DNA of 31,476 bases from Octopus sinensis. Lineage: Eukaryota. The notes beneath the pieces are model-generated. The model did no database searches, was not told the DNA's origin, and was given only the letters and a program-made list of their open reading frames with translations. The first letter of the stretch is position 1, and the number at the start of each line of letters is the position of its first letter. This document shows positions 1 to 10,667 of this stretch, in pieces. Location of the stretch: assembly GCF_006345805.1 (NCBI RefSeq), contig NW_021832212.1, forward strand, positions 1-31,476, written 5' to 3'. A program made the position numbers and the translations under genes.

Positions 1-33
1 TAGAAAATGTGTATATATGTGTATGTATATATA

Positions 34-1304
34 CAGGGATTGGACAAAATAATGGAAACACCTTAAAATTTCAAACAAATTTATTTTAATATGGGGGTAG
101 GACCGCCTTTGGCAGTAATTACAGCTTGAATTCTACGAGGTATGGATTCGTACAAAGTTTGAATTGTTTCCAAAGGAATTTTTGACCATTCTTCAGCTAA
201 AACAGTCTCCAGTTCTTGTAGTGATGATGGTGGAGGATATTGACTCCTTACTTGTTTTTCTAAAATGCACCATAAATGTTCAGCAATATTGAGATCTAAG
301 GACTGTGGTGGTCAGATAAGATGCTCACCTTCACTAGAATGTACCTCGTACCATTCAGTAACAACTTTAGCTGTGTGAATTGGTCCATTATCATCCTGAA
401 AGATTGCGTTTCCCTCCGGATACAGTTCCGAAACCATAGGATGAATTTGATCAGACAAAATGCTTGAATAATCTTCACTATTAATTCTGCCTTGAAGGGA
501 AACCATTGGGCGGCGAATTTCCAAGATATAGCCCCACCAGATAATCACAGACCCTTCTCCATGTTTAACAGTTGGAAGAAGACAGTCTGGGTTAAATGCT
601 TCTTTTAGCTGTCTCCACACATATACTCGGCCAGAGGTCGGAATTAAAGTAAAAAATGACTCATTCAAAAAAATAGCATTCTTCCACTGCTCTAGGAACC
701 AATTCTGTAGATTTTTACTCCACTCTCAACGCTTTGCAACGTTTGTTTTTGAATGGAGTGGTTTTCTGATTGCAGCCCTCCCGTCAACTCCGGCTTTGTG
801 CAGCTCCTGGTGAACAGTTTTTGTGGAAACTGGGTTCTCGAGGTGTTCATTAAGCTCTGCAGTAATTTTGGGAGCTGTACTTTTGTGATCCTTTCTAACA
901 ATTCGCGTAAGAGTCCGACAGTTCCTATCTGAAAGTTTTGGTTTTCTTCCGTAGTTCTGTTTCGACCAGGAGGTTTTCCCTCTTTCTCAAAGGCTGTCAT
1001 TACTTTCGCGACAGTAGTTCTTGATACACCAAACATTTCAGCTGTTTTTGTTACGCTAACGCTTGCCATACGAGCACCAAAAATTTGATCGCTTTGAAAG
1101 TCCGATAGATTTGTCATTTTAATGAATTTTAATTACCTTTTTCTGATGATATCTGAAAAGAAACAGCAATTTTAGCCAAACATGTTTTGCACCACTAATA
1201 ATAAATCAAAAAACAAAAATAAGCAAGCTTTTGACGGTTTTATAGATATTAAAAAATTTTGATGCCATGATGCTAGGTGTTTCCATTATTTTGTCCAACC
1301 CTTG
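34..1304 (-). mobile_element. Tc1-like DNA transposon (DD36E spacing), decayed
   Basis: 30-bp TIRs at 34-63 (CAGGGATTGGACAAAATAATGGAAACACCT) and 1275-1304 (28/30 match), flanked by TA at 32-33 and 1305-1306. Contains a broken transposase. Confidence 0.93.
86..1117 (-). pseudogene. Tc1-family transposase pseudogene
   Basis: HTH-type N-terminus (LSDFQSDQIFGARMASVSVTKTAEMFGVSRTTV); catalytic region PTVKHGEGSVIIW, IFQDDNGPIH, then *PPQSLDLNIAEHLW. Frameshifts, W->stop at 312-314, first catalytic D appears as N. Confidence 0.9.
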
Positions 1305-1306
1305 TA

Positions 1307-2738
1307 AGTGTGTGTGTGTGTGTATGTATGTATCTATGTATGCATGTAGTATGTATGTATGTATGTATGTATGTATGTATGTATGTATGTATGTATGCAT
1401 GTATGTATGTATGTATGTGTGCATGTATGTATGTATGTATGTATGTATGTATGTATGTATGTATGTATGTGTGCATGTATGTATGTATGTATGTATGTAT
1501 GTATGTATGTATGTATGTGTGTGTGTATGTTTGTATGTTTGTATGTATGTATGCGTGTATGTATGTATGCGTGTATGTATGTATGTATGCATGTATGTAT
1601 GTATGTATGTGTGTATGTATGCGCGTATGTATGTATGTATGTGTGTATGTATGTATGTGTGTATGTATGCATGTATGTATGTATGTATGTATGCATGTAT
1701 GTATGTATGTATGTATGTATGTATGTGTGTATGTTGTGTGTATATGTATGTATGCATGTATGTATGCATGTATGTATGTATGTATGTATGCATGTATGTA
1801 TGCATGTATGTATGTGTGTATGTATGCGCGTATGTATGTATGTGTGTATGTATGCATGTATGTATGTATGTATGTATGTATGTATGTATGTGTGTGTATG
1901 TATGTATATATGTATGTATGTATGTATGTGTGTGTATGTATGTATGTATGTATGTATGTATATGTGTGTGTATGTATATATGTATGCATGTATGTATGCA
2001 TGTATGTATGTATGTGTGTATGTATGCGCGTATGTATGTATGTGTGTATGTATGTATGTGTGTATGTATGTATGTATGTATATGTGTGTATGTATGTATG
2101 TATGTATGTATATATGTGTGTATGTGTATGTATGTATGCATGTATGTATGTATGTGTGTGTATGTATGTATGTATGTATGTATGTGTGTGTATGTGTGTA
2201 TGTGTGTATGTATGTATGTATGCATGTATGTATGCATGTATGTATGTATGCGCGTATGTATGTGTGTATGTGTGTATGTATGTGTGTATGTATGCATGCA
2301 TGTATGTATGTATGTGTGTGTATGTATGTATGTGTGTATGTGTGTATGTATGCGCGTATGTATGTATGTGTGTATGTATGTATGTGTGTATGTATGTATG
2401 TATGTATGTATGTGTGTGTATGTATGTATGTATATATGTGTGTATGTGTATGTATGTATGTATGTATGTATGTATGTATGTGTGTGTATGTATGTATGTA
2501 TGTATGTATGTGTGTATGTATGTATGTATGTATGCATGTATGCATGTATGTGTTATATGTATGTGTGTATGTATGTATGTATGCATGTATGTATGCATGT
2601 ATGTATGTATGTGTGTATGTATGCGCGTATGTATGTATGTGTGTATGTATGTATGTGTGTATGTATGTATGTATGTATGTATGTGTGTGTGTGGTATGTA
2701 TGTATGTATGTATGTATGTATGTATGTATGTATGTATG
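1307..2738. repeat. Long imperfect (TATG)n microsatellite, about 1.43 kb
   Basis: TATG units with TGTG, TGCA and GCGCG variants; source of the 400-500 aa YVCM/HTYI ORFs. Confidence 0.97.
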
Positions 2739-3161
2739 TCAGATAACCTTATTTCTGCATTGAAATAACTTCCCTAGTGGATAACAATGGCTGTCTATAA
2801 AGCTGGAGCTTTTTCAGAACATATCGATAACACCAAGACATTATATCGCCCAATAAAGAATCTTTTAAGATACAGATCGATTATTAATTATTGTTGTTGT
2901 CTTAATAGAGAACTTCTCCATTTAATGCAATTAATTTATTAAAGAAGGGTCAGCATGAAACCGTGTGACACAGAGTCATCTAAGGTTAAGATATTAGGTA
3001 TTACGTTAGCCTCTCTCTCGCTCACCACCATGTCTCCCGTGGAAATAAGTAATATTAGACCAACAGATCGCAATGAGACGGAATTAGTAAGTATGCCGAT
3101 ACCAATATCATAGTATACGGCAGTAATCTAAGCTAACATCACAGTAGACCACAAGAAGCTA

Positions 3162-3163
<2 letters not shown>

Positions 3164-3211
<48 letters not shown>

Positions 3212-3222
3212 CACACACACAC
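3164..3222. repeat. (CA)n microsatellite
   Basis: Direct reading. Confidence 0.95.
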
Positions 3223-3269
3223 AAATACATCCAAGAGTTTATTCGCGTCTTACCTTTACTCTTAGTCAA

Positions 3270-3588
3270 GAAGCGTAGCTTAGTGGTTCGGCTAACGATC
3301 GTAACATCGTGAGTTCGATTCCCGGCACCGCGTTATGTCCTTGCGCAGAGTACTTTATTGCCCGTTGCTCCAATCTACTCAAAATGGCAAAAAATTAGTA
3401 GTAGCTGTATTTCAAAGGGTCAGCTTTGTCACATTCTTTGTCACGCTGAATTTCCCTGAGAACTGCGTTAAGGGCACGTGTGCCTATCGAGTGACCCGAC
3501 CACTTGCGACTTAATTTCACGAGCAGGTTGTGCCACTGGCCGAATCAACTGGACCACTCGTCCTCGTAGCCGACGAAGTGCCAACAAC
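3270..3588 (+). mobile_element. tRNA-derived SINE, family B (diverged)
   Basis: A-box-like TAGCTTAGTGG (3276-3286) and B-box GTTCGATTCC (3313-3322). The 3' half aligns with the reverse complement of 15721-15890. Confidence 0.75.
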
Positions 3589-3803
3589 TTTTCTCTTGAC
3601 CGTAGATCGTCAAAGTCAAACTGTAACGGCCATTGAGGCCGCACGTTACAATCTCGATGACTAAGTGTTTGTCTTGCCTGTACTATTGTGCTTTCACGCT
3701 ACTTTCAGTGTATTTTCTTGGCGCATATAATGCTTATGTGTGAGTGAGTGCATATACATACATGTATATACATACATGAGTGCATATACATACATGTATA
3801 TTA

Positions 3804-4033
3804 GGCGGTGAGCTGGCAGAAACGTTAGCGCGCCGGGCGAAATACTTAGCGGTATTTTGTCTGTCGTTACGTTCTGAGTTCAAATTCCGCAGAGGTCGAC
3901 TTTGTCTTTCATCCTTTCGGGGTCGATAAATAAAGTACCAGTTTCGCACTGGGGTCGATATAATCGACTTAATCCCTTTGTCTTTCCTTGTTTGTCCCCT
4001 CTGTGTTTGGCCCCTTGTGGGTAGTAAAGAAAT
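3804..4033 (+). mobile_element. tRNA-derived SINE, family A
   Basis: GGCGGTGAGCTGGCAGAA head, B-box-like GTTCAAATTCC, ends GTAGTAAAGAAATA. Reverse complement aligns with 9998-10229. Confidence 0.88.
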
Positions 4034-4049
4034 ATATACATACATGTAA

Positions 4050-4140
4050 ACATGCATGCATGCATCCATTCATCCATCCATTCATACATACATACATACA
4101 TACATACATACATACATACATACATACATACATACGTACA
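4050..4140. repeat. (CATG/CATC/CATA)n microsatellite
   Basis: Direct reading. Confidence 0.85.
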
Positions 4141-4465
4141 TAATCTCATTTGATAGTTTTATATGCAAGCTATAGCATCTTCGTGCTTTATTGTTCACAA
4201 TAGATTTAATTCTTCCTGGAGATATCTGCTACAATTCGTAAGTTTTATTCTCAATTCCCATGTCCCATTATCAGCCCTTATTCTGCTCCCTTGAATTGTA
4301 CCCACCAACTTCTTATCCCTACTTTGCACCAGGATCTAACAATTCCAATGAGCCCATATTTCTTTTTTTATTTCCATGTGTCTCTTTTCTAAGTTAGTCA
4401 TTATATTATTTTATGTTAGTCTTACACTGTTTTATTTCCTTCTTTACCTGATTTTGAACGAGAAT

Positions 4466-4770
<305 letters not shown>

Positions 4771-4808
4771 AGACAAATTAGATTAGATACGTACAGAACA
4801 TAAAAATT

Positions 4809-4940
4809 GGGTGTCGAATTGGCAGTCACCAGAGTTTTGGATAGAATGCCTCGCGGTTTTGTTCAAACTCTCCGCTCTGAGTGCAAATCTCTCCGAGATC
4901 AACCTTTCCTTTCATACTTTCGGCGTCAGTAAACAATGTA
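4809..4940 (+). mobile_element. Old, 3'-truncated family A SINE fragment
   Basis: ctctgagtgcaaatctctccgagatcaacctttcctttcatactttcggcgtc aligns with ttctgagttcaaattccgcagaggtcgactttgtctttcatcctttcggggtc of the 3804 copy. Confidence 0.65.
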
Positions 4941-5452
4941 ACAATCTAGGACGGGAGAATTGCGAAATTGGGAACGAGTCGGACAAGGTACCATGCGATA
5001 CCTTTTCCTGTTCTTTGCATTCTACAAAGAATGTCACTGACGAAATTGATGCCAAGTTGCATAGATCCAAGACGATAATCTTTGACTCGGATAAATATCG
5101 GAGGAGAGATTCGCATGAATTGGAAATTACCAGTCGTCCAAAATAAATCTCGCTCAGGCTTGCGCGTATGTGTAGAGGCATGGTTAACAATGGCTGATAT
5201 ACGAACTACAAAATAGCAAGAAAGATTAATGAGAGGGAGATAAATCAACGAATGTATGTTTACGCGCGTGTGCATACATATTTATGCCATGTGCGTTTAA
5301 AAACGAAAGAAACGAGCACATAATCCATGATGTAGAGTTAATGGAAAACAATTGGTGACTCACTCCGGTGCTACTCAGAGTTTCAGACGTAAAGTATAAG
5401 TTTTAGCAAAGTTAGTTGGTTCCCATTGGTTAAGTAGTTTTTATATTTTCAT

Positions 5453-5489
5453 ATGCGTAGGAGTGGTTGTGTGGTAAGTAGCTTGCTTA
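5453..5489 (+). mobile_element. 5' fragment of family C SINE
   Basis: gcgtaggagtggttgtgtggtaagtagcttgctta matches the head of the 28763 copy, then homology stops. Confidence 0.7.
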
Positions 5490-6030
5490 CTGCGCATGCG
5501 TTGGTTAGTTGCTTCCACTGTTGAATGCTGTCAAGACGTGCTTATGTAGTCGTCCTGAATTGAAGAAATATTGAAGGCGCGACTGTAAGGTAGGTATCTG
5601 TTTTGGCGGGGATTCAGTTGGGTTTTGTTGCTTGATATTGTTTTTTTTTCTTTTTCGAATAAGAAATCCTCACTGGGTCCCGGACATTTGTCTGCCTGCA
5701 GTTGTGCGAAGTGACTCACTTAGCTGTGAGAATTGGTGTTTGGTGGGCGTGTCTCGCCACCAAAACTTGTGAAAATTTTGAAAATTCGACCGATTTGTGG
5801 AGGATTTTTTTGTGTGTTCCTGCTGCTACGGTGACCTGGAGTATCTGTGCAGAGTACCATTTTTTGGAATACCAGTGGGCCAGGATTACCGAGTGACCGG
5901 AATTGTGTTGCCGTGACTTGAACTGTCTTCGTTCTTTTTCTCTGATCTGTATTTCTGCTCTTTTTGTTTATTTTTGACTTTATTTAGACTTTTTGTTTGA
6001 ACTATTTTTTTAACTCTTTTTTCTGCAAGC

Positions 6031-6953
6031 ATGGCAAAAAAGGCAAACACTGTGTTGGAGTGGGAGATTGCACTCCCACCCAAGCAGTGGGTAAAAGACT
6101 TCAACGAGAGAACGGTGGTGTTAAGGACGTATTCTAAGTCTCTCGACACCATCACTGTGTTCCCTCAAATTGAAATAGAAAGAGTTGGCAGAATATCTGT
6201 CAAGTTTGCAACGGTGTGGTTGCTATATGACACCCCTAAGGAGGCTCGAAATTTTGCGAACCATCTCTTAGAAGGGCAAAAAATTCTGTTTCTTCCCACT
6301 TATTGCGGGAAGAAATTAACAAGAGCTTGGGTCTGTGGGCTGCACCCAGGATAGAACCCGAGTGGATAGAAGACACAATCCGCCGGGGTCTGGGTAGCAG
6401 CGGAGCCAAGCTCCTAAATGTTAAAACTCTGCCTGCGGGTGACTGGGTGGGGTCAAAAGCGGTTTTGACCCTATGGACCCAATCAGCCAACAATCGGGTT
6501 TTCCCAGATTTTTTGAGAATGGCCGGTTCTAGGCATCCGGTGATTCTTGAGGGACGCCCCCACCAAGTGTTACCTGTGCCTGGAACCAGGCTACATTAAA
6601 AAGAACTGCCCCCGGGACCGAGGTAAGGCCCTGGAGCAGATAAAAGTAGCGGCCCCCGCTCCCCCACTGGAGGGAGAGATGGAGGCAGTCGAGGAGGTGG
6701 AGACCTCCACGAAAAAGGAAAGAAAAGAAAGAAGGTGGGCAACAATGGTTGCCGACCGAGCGACCCTAAAGCTGCAGGAGGGGAGGAAGATTCTCCAGAT
6801 AAGGTGGAGGTACCACACCTTCCCTTAGCAAAGGGGAGAAAAAGGAAAAGGGAAAAGAACGGGACATTGCCGGCGGTTGATGATACACTGCCGGCATGCT
6901 CTGAAACTTTGTCGGTGGGAAGTGTGCCACCGATAGAGGAAACTGATATATAA
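6031..6953 (+). pseudogene. Gag-like ORF1 of a non-LTR retrotransposon (L1/Tx1-like), frameshifted, about 305 aa when joined
   Basis: ORFs 6031-6354, 6303-6599, 6547-6828 and 6735-6953 join by single-base shifts in G/C/A runs. VILEGRP is followed by the zinc knuckle CYLCLEPGYIKKNC (CX2CX4[H>Y]X4C) and a charged low-complexity tail. GC-richer than the flanks. Confidence 0.7.
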
Positions 6954-7066
6954 ATATATATAAATATGTATGTATATATAATATATATATATATATATTA
7001 TATATGTATATATATACATATGTATATATATACTATAATATATACATATATATATATGTATATATA
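6948..7066. repeat. (TA)n-rich microsatellite
   Basis: Direct reading. Confidence 0.9.
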
Positions 7067-7171
7067 AATACAATAAGAGGCTTCCAAATAAGGAAGCGTT
7101 GTGCTAGAACACAAAAAGGGATAAATTCATGAAAGGAATGAAAATTAAAAGCATTTACCATCTCAACTATA

Positions 7172-7247
7172 TCACAGACCGACGGTTTCTCACTATTTTC
7201 AGCAAAAAAGCAAAATATATTTGCCATGGCCAGTGTCTTCAGTGGGG
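7172..7247 (-). ncRNA. Degenerate type I hammerhead ribozyme-like motif
   Basis: Minus strand: cccca CTGAAGA cact...agtg a GAAAC cgtcg GTC tgtga. Core intact, stem III ACCG-T-CGGT, stem I imperfect. Confidence 0.45.
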
Positions 7248-7515
7248 TAGCCTTAATAATCCTGATGCACAGACTGTTATATCCACATTTAGATTTAACG
7301 GTTTGTAAATCCTAACTTTTCAAACCTCCGCGCAGACGCAAATCATAACCGGCGACAGAGAGGATGCCGGTAAAAATGTACGCACAACGCTTCTTTATTT
7401 GGAAGTCTCTTATTTAATTTCTATATGAATAATATTAGTCTAATGACTAATTCGTCTTTTGTGCTAGGCCACTGGTAATAATAATTCATTATTTATTATT
7501 ATTACCTATTATCAT

Positions 7516-7552
7516 ATATGTATATATATATTATATATATATATATACTATA

Positions 7553-7593
<41 letters not shown>

Positions 7594-7607
7594 TATATAT
7601 TATATAT
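7516..7607. repeat. (TA)n microsatellite
   Basis: Direct reading. Confidence 0.92.
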
Positions 7608-7704
7608 TGTAAAAACAGTAAGATAACTAAAGAAGGAAAGAGACCTCAATATTATGTAAATAGAGGAATTTATCTGTAAATTAATATGTGATAATTATTC
7701 AAAA

Positions 7705-7774
7705 GCCAAGATAAAACTCTGAGTTTCGGATGCCGAAGTGGAAATCCACAACACCATCTCTTCGGTTATCTGGC
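7705..7774 (-). ncRNA. Degenerate type I hammerhead ribozyme-like motif
   Basis: Minus strand: gccagataa CCGAAGA gatg...catc c GAAAC tcaga GTT ttatcttggc. Stem I gataa/ttatc, stem II gatg/catc, stem III ACTC-A-GAGT; U4 is C. Confidence 0.45.
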
Positions 7775-7991
7775 CATCTGAAAAAACGCTATGAAAAAAT
7801 ACCGTTATATAAAGGGAAATTACTGTGTTATAATTCCGCTACTTATATAAATTAAGATTAAGGTAAACACGTAAGCATGGCTACTCATACGCTCACATGT
7901 GCGCTCGCGCACTCACGTGCGTACGTAAACGTCACTATGAAAACGTACACATTTTCACTCGCATTTTTCGCCAAATGTATACGCATATATA

Positions 7992-8045
<54 letters not shown>

Positions 8046-9097
8046 CCCAGAATCCGATAATAACTCAGGAGTGAAATTTAGGATTTGTCGGTTTTCTGTG
8101 AATCGATTTTGAGAAAACTTTTCCCAGCTGCCTTTCTGCCTTTCTGAAACTGCCTCCTTTAACGCCCCATCACAGGAGTTTGGGGCTTCAATGGGTCCAA
8201 AGGTACATGATGTTAGATATGAGTTGTGTTCTGTTCACTGAAGAAACCAGGGCGTCCCTTGACGAACCTGACGGTTGTGTCTATTTGGGAGAAGGATGTC
8301 ACCAACGTTTACGTGGTATCATTGGGGACAGAATTGTTGGCCCAGTCAGAATCTGAAGGGTTTAATATGACTGCTGCCGCCTATTGCAACCTTCTGAAGG
8401 AGGTCTTGGATCCCTGGCTTCATGACATACCGCTGTTACTTCTAAGGAATTTCGTATTCATGCATGACAACGCTCTCTCCCACTCTGCTAGGGCCACTCA
8501 AATATTTCTCGGGTCTTTCGGTATACAAAGTGAAAGTTTGATGGTGTGGCCGCTAGCATCTCCGGATCTCAAACCTATCGAAAATCTTTGGTCCATTATT
8601 AAACAAACGTGTATGCCGATGGTCGCCAATTTACGTCGAAAATGCCTTATAGTTGACTATCAAAGCTGCAGCAGAGTCAGTCCATCCTGCTAATATTAAG
8701 AAATTGACAGATTCCATGACTAATAGGGTTTTTGAAGTTATCCGTCACATTTAGTCACATGGTGCTCATGTGACTAAATAATTCGTTATGTCAATAAATG
8801 TTATTATGGTTTTCTGTTAAATATAAACTCAAGGTATGCTTAATATGTATCGTCACCCTTCAATTTCAAGAAAAAATGTCTAGATGGGCTATTTTCATTC
8901 AAAAGCTAATGGTGTAGTTTGCCAAAAAACTGAAGAATCTGAAATAATCTCAAAGAACGTTACACTGAACAATGAAAAACATAACAATGGTGTTGCCATA
9001 GTGTGCAAACCAGGTGGGAAAAGTTTTATTAAAATCGGTTCACAGAAAACCGAGACATCCTAAATTTCACTCCTAAAGCAATTAGCGTGGCTCTAGG
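8046..9097 (+). mobile_element. Tc1-like DNA transposon (DD37E spacing), internally deleted
   Basis: Imperfect TIRs of about 85 bp at 8046-8130 and 9011-9097 (shared aggagtgaaatttaggat and cggttttctgtgaa), TA on both sides. Confidence 0.88.
8226..8720 (+). pseudogene. Transposase catalytic-domain remnant (DD37E type)
   Basis: VLFTEETRASLDEPDG, GIIGDRIVGP and FMHDNALSH...WPLASPDLKPIENLWSIIK in shifting frames; 37 residues between the second D and E. Confidence 0.85.
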
Positions 9098-9126
9098 TAT
9101 ATATTTATACATGCATACATGTGTAT

Positions 9127-9158
<32 letters not shown>

Positions 9159-9340
9159 CATATGTATATACAAATATATACATACATATGCATATATACA
9201 TATATATATATATATATATACATATGTATATACAAATATATACATACATATACATACATACGTATATATATGTGTGTGTGTATGTGTGTATAGATATATA
9301 TAAATATAGACACGACACACACAACACACATATGTATGTA

Positions 9341-9390
<50 letters not shown>
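9098..9390. repeat. (TA/TACA)n then (TG)n compound microsatellite
   Basis: Direct reading. Confidence 0.9.
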
Positions 9391-9391
<1 letters not shown>

Positions 9392-9997
9392 TGCAAGCAG
9401 TCGCCAATAAGTTTAGTAAATATATTTGGGTTTTTGTTTTAATTCACCAGTTATCCATTACTTGGAATCTGGAGCCAAAGAGAAGATCATGAGAAGATTT
9501 ATCAATGAGGACATTTTTCAAAATACTCCATCTAAGTAACTGATTATTACTAGGAACCTCGGAGTTAGACTTAGGGTTAGAGTTAGGTAATAATGAACAT
9601 AGAATTATAATTATATATCAAGTTTCTTGTCAGCCAAGTACAAAACAATTACGAATGTGTGTGAGAGTGCGCGTGCTTGTGTATATGTGTATGAATGTGT
9701 GTATATGTGTGTGTGCGTGTGCGCGTGAAGTATGATATTTACAAAGATTTCCACGTACAGTAATGTTAGACATTGTAAAACCAAATATGAGAAAAGAGAG
9801 ACAAAACTGAAACGGGCGTCCCTTTGCAAATGAGTGAAACTAATCAAGCATTATAAAAGACAAGCAGACTTCCGTGTCTCTCTGTCCGTAAGAACATTTA
9901 TATTAGGGAGGGAAAGAAGTGGGGTAATCAAAATATATGTCACACGGCATTCTTAGAAAAAGGGAAGGAGAAAAAGCTGTTGTTGAGAGAGAAATAC

Positions 9998-10229
9998 CTA
10001 TTTCTTTACTACCCACAAGGGGCTAAACACAGAGGGGACAAATAAGGATAGACACACGGAATAAGTCGATTATATCGACCCCAGTGCGTAACTGGTACTT
10101 AATTTATGGGCCCCGAAAGGATGAAAGGCAAAGTCGACCTCGGCGGAATTTGAACTCAGAACGTAGCGGCAGACGAAATACCGCTAGACATTTCGCCTTG
10201 CGGGTTAACGTTTCTGCCAATTCACCGCC
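9998..10229 (-). mobile_element. tRNA-derived SINE, family A, with 18-bp TSD
   Basis: Full-length reverse copy of 3804-4033. TSD ttgttgagag(a/g)gaaatac at 9980-9997 and 10230-10247. Confidence 0.9.
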
Positions 10230-10667
10230 TTGTTGAGAGGGAAATACAATTAGTGAGAGATAGAGAGGGGGTGAGTGTGTCAAAGGTGGCCAGGTAGTGT
10301 TGTCACCATCGTAACTAGCAAGTTTTGAAAGAAATATGGTTTCTTTTGGTTGTCTGTGTGTGGGAGTTTATCTGTGTGTATGCGTGTGTGCGCGCACGCG
10401 CGTTTCTGTGTCCTTCAACATATAGAAGACGCAATACAGACTTTAAATAAAAGAAGGGGCAAGAAAATGTTGTTATTGAGTGAGAAATACAGTAGAAGAG
10501 ACAGAATGTGTATGTGTGCATGTGCAAGATCGGTAGATAGCTAGGTATTGTTGTCACCATAGTAACTAATAAGGTTTGATTAAAAATGCGGGAATTTTAA
10601 GTGCAAGTCAATACAACGGAACACAAATTTCTAAAAACGATTATATGTATATATATAAATGTATATA

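Noticed and set aside
1206-2768. Six ORFs of 400-500 aa (YVCM/HTYI repeats)
   Set aside because: Translations of a (TATG)n tract that lacks stops in all frames; the same applies to the many YIYI, VCVC and IYLS ORFs elsewhere.
4204-4237. Possible 34-nt exon (AG...GTAAGT; LILPGDICYN)
   Set aside because: Too short to distinguish from chance splice-like sites, and its phase does not join the 9451 candidate in an open frame.
4811-5275. Three overlapping ORFs of 92-111 aa
   Set aside because: The first 130 bp are an old SINE and no peptide is recognisable. A terminal exon at 5030-5146 is possible but unsupported.
9562-9587. TTAGGG-like repeats
   Set aside because: Only one exact unit among about four degenerate ones; not an interstitial telomere.
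10292-10574. 31-bp direct repeat (aggta(g/t)tgttgtcaccat...)
   Set aside because: Short, four mismatches, no associated element structure.
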